Shown: in pieces, positions 62,738 through 64,000 of the stretch
How positions within the stretch are numbered: the first letter of the stretch is position 1
Layout: each line of letters opens with the position of its first letter
Assembly (NCBI GenBank): GCA_963787125.1
Contig: CAWBBV010000024.1
Span: 64,001 to 128,000, forward strand
Direction of reading: 5' to 3'
DNA: 64,000 bases
DNA from: an uncultured delta proteobacterium
GTDB taxonomy: Bacteria > Desulfobacterota > Desulfuromonadia > Geobacterales > DSM-12255
Translations under genes and position numbers: made by a program
Notes under the pieces: model-generated
What the model saw: the letters and a program-made list of their open reading frames with translations, nothing else
Database searches by the model: none
Told to the model about the DNA's origin: nothing

Positions 62738-64000
62738 AAGATGCCGCAGCTTTTGCTTTCATAGCGACAAAACTTCTGTACTGATCTTTCTGTAGGATCT
62801 CCTCAGGAAACTCTGGACTCACCGGTTGAACCAGAACAAAAGCATCCCTGAAACTGTTGCCGTATCCTGCAAGTGTTGCTGACATAAGTGTGTAGAGTGG
62901 GCATTTTTCATCATGAAACATGCCGCCGGCGTGCTCCCTAAAGTTAAGGACTCTGCTGGTAAGAACTTTGCCACTGTTGTCCAGTCGTCTGAACTCAACC
63001 AGATTTCCACCGCTAGTCTCAATTACTCTGAAAGCGAAGAATGACTTTCTTGCCGATTCTATAAGCAGCAAGAATGTTGGATCATCATGATTTATCTCTC
63101 CCTTCATATTGAAAACAGAAGATGCCAGCAGCCGCAAAAAACAGTCATTTTCAAGGAATCCAGACTCGCTATTGTCTGAAGTTTCAAAGAAGTAGCCGGT
63201 ATTTGCTGTCGTATCATTCAGAATATCTTTACCACAGAAAAGACACTCTTTTTTTACTCCACCCATCTTTGCGATAAAAGCATCTTTCTCCCGCTGGTTT
63301 TCTGACGACATCCACTGATTAAAGAGAAGTGACCGCGGTTCTCCGGTTTTACTGTAATCTTCAAGGATCTCCCGTGCCAGAGCGGCAAACTGGCCGTGAA
63401 CGTCAGTCCCCTTGCCGTGAGTAAGAATAGGGTAAATCTTGCCGTCAGGGTTTGTATTGAGACTCTCGACTTTGGGGCTTTTTGAGATATAGACATCGTG
63501 ACAGCGATAACCTCTGTTAATGGCAAACGCCCGGAGCAGGGTTTTCTGGTCGGCGAACATACCGTCAAACTTTATCCTCTCATCAATAAGGCACGGTACA
63601 AGGACCAGGCTCTTTTTATCAAGTCCGCGCTTGTCGAAAAGTGAAAAGATGTTCTTGCAGTTCTCAAGGCTCGGCATATCCTTAACCGGGATTAGTACCC
63701 TGTCTGCAGCATAGAGAGCATTTTCTGTTAGTGTTTCAAGGTCAGGCCTTGTGTCAATAATGAGAATTCCGGGAATATCCGAGACAGCAAGATGTCTTGC
63801 TATGTCCATCGGACTTTTTATCTGGCTTTTTTCTTTTGTCAGGTTAGCGGATGACGATATGAAATTAACCCCATACTGGCCTGTCTGGAGAAGATCCGCA
63901 CCTTTCTCACCGGTTATGAAATCTGCAACTGTCTTGGAGGGAAGTAACTGCCTGATAGTAAACATCTTGTCAATAGTGAAGTGGTTATCGAAAGATAGGA
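62730..64000 (-). CDS. ParA-family ATPase with long C-terminal extension (5' end outside window)
   Basis: Frame open to the window edge (LSFDNHFTIDKMF); IIDTRP, NALYAADRVLIPV. Confidence 0.8.
   Translation of the reverse strand, partial: LSFDNHFTIDKMFTIRQLLPSKTVADFITGEKGADLLQTGQYGVNFISSSANLTKEKSQIKSPMDIARHLAVSDIPGILIIDTRPDLETLTENALYAADRVLIPVKDMPSLENCKNIFSLFDKRGLDKKSLVLVPCLIDERIKFDGMFADQKTLLRAFAINRGYRCHDVYISKSPKVESLNTNPDGKIYPILTHGKGTDVHGQFAALAREILEDYSKTGEPRSLLFNQWMSSENQREKDAFIAKMGGVKKECLFCGKDILNDTTANTGYFFETSDNSESGFLENDCFLRLLASSVFNMKGEINHDDPTFLLLIESARKSFFAFRVIETSGGNLVEFRRLDNSGKVLTSRVLNFREHAGGMFHDEKCPLYTLMSATLAGYGNSFRDAFVLVQPVSPEFPEEILQKDQYRSFVAMKAKAAASFT

Overview
Bacterial chromosome segment that reads as Geobacteraceae (Desulfuromonadia), judged from the aspS-icd-mdh-korDABC block, multiheme cytochromes upstream of a pul/oxpG type II secretion cluster, and ftsEX-envC-ctpA. 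In order: an intact IS with terminal inverted repeats and target duplication; sppA; a short-chain chromate transporter; an uncharacterised operon of secreted proteins (Sel1/PEGA protein, frameshifted lipoprotein, coiled-coil/Cys-rich protein); a GT39-like glycosyltransferase; a type III PKS plus frameshifted ICMT-family methyltransferase divergent from a dca/paa-like beta-oxidation operon; TCA-cycle genes; a Wzi + MlaEFD-like + TPR + sigma54 regulator operon converging on a TonB receptor-binding protein-histidine kinase operon; a 32-aa Cys-Cys peptide absent from the ORF track (36432-36530) followed by a radical SAM/SPASM maturase (geopeptide-type RiPP); a phosphatase behind a likely sigma54 promoter; the cytochrome/T2SS operon; cell-division and housekeeping genes; and a ParA-family gene cut by the window end. 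The best candidate for an uncharacterised system is the RiPP with its flanking uptake and two-component genes. Three single-base frameshifts may be assembly errors. Family assignments come from motif recognition and memory; no searches were run.
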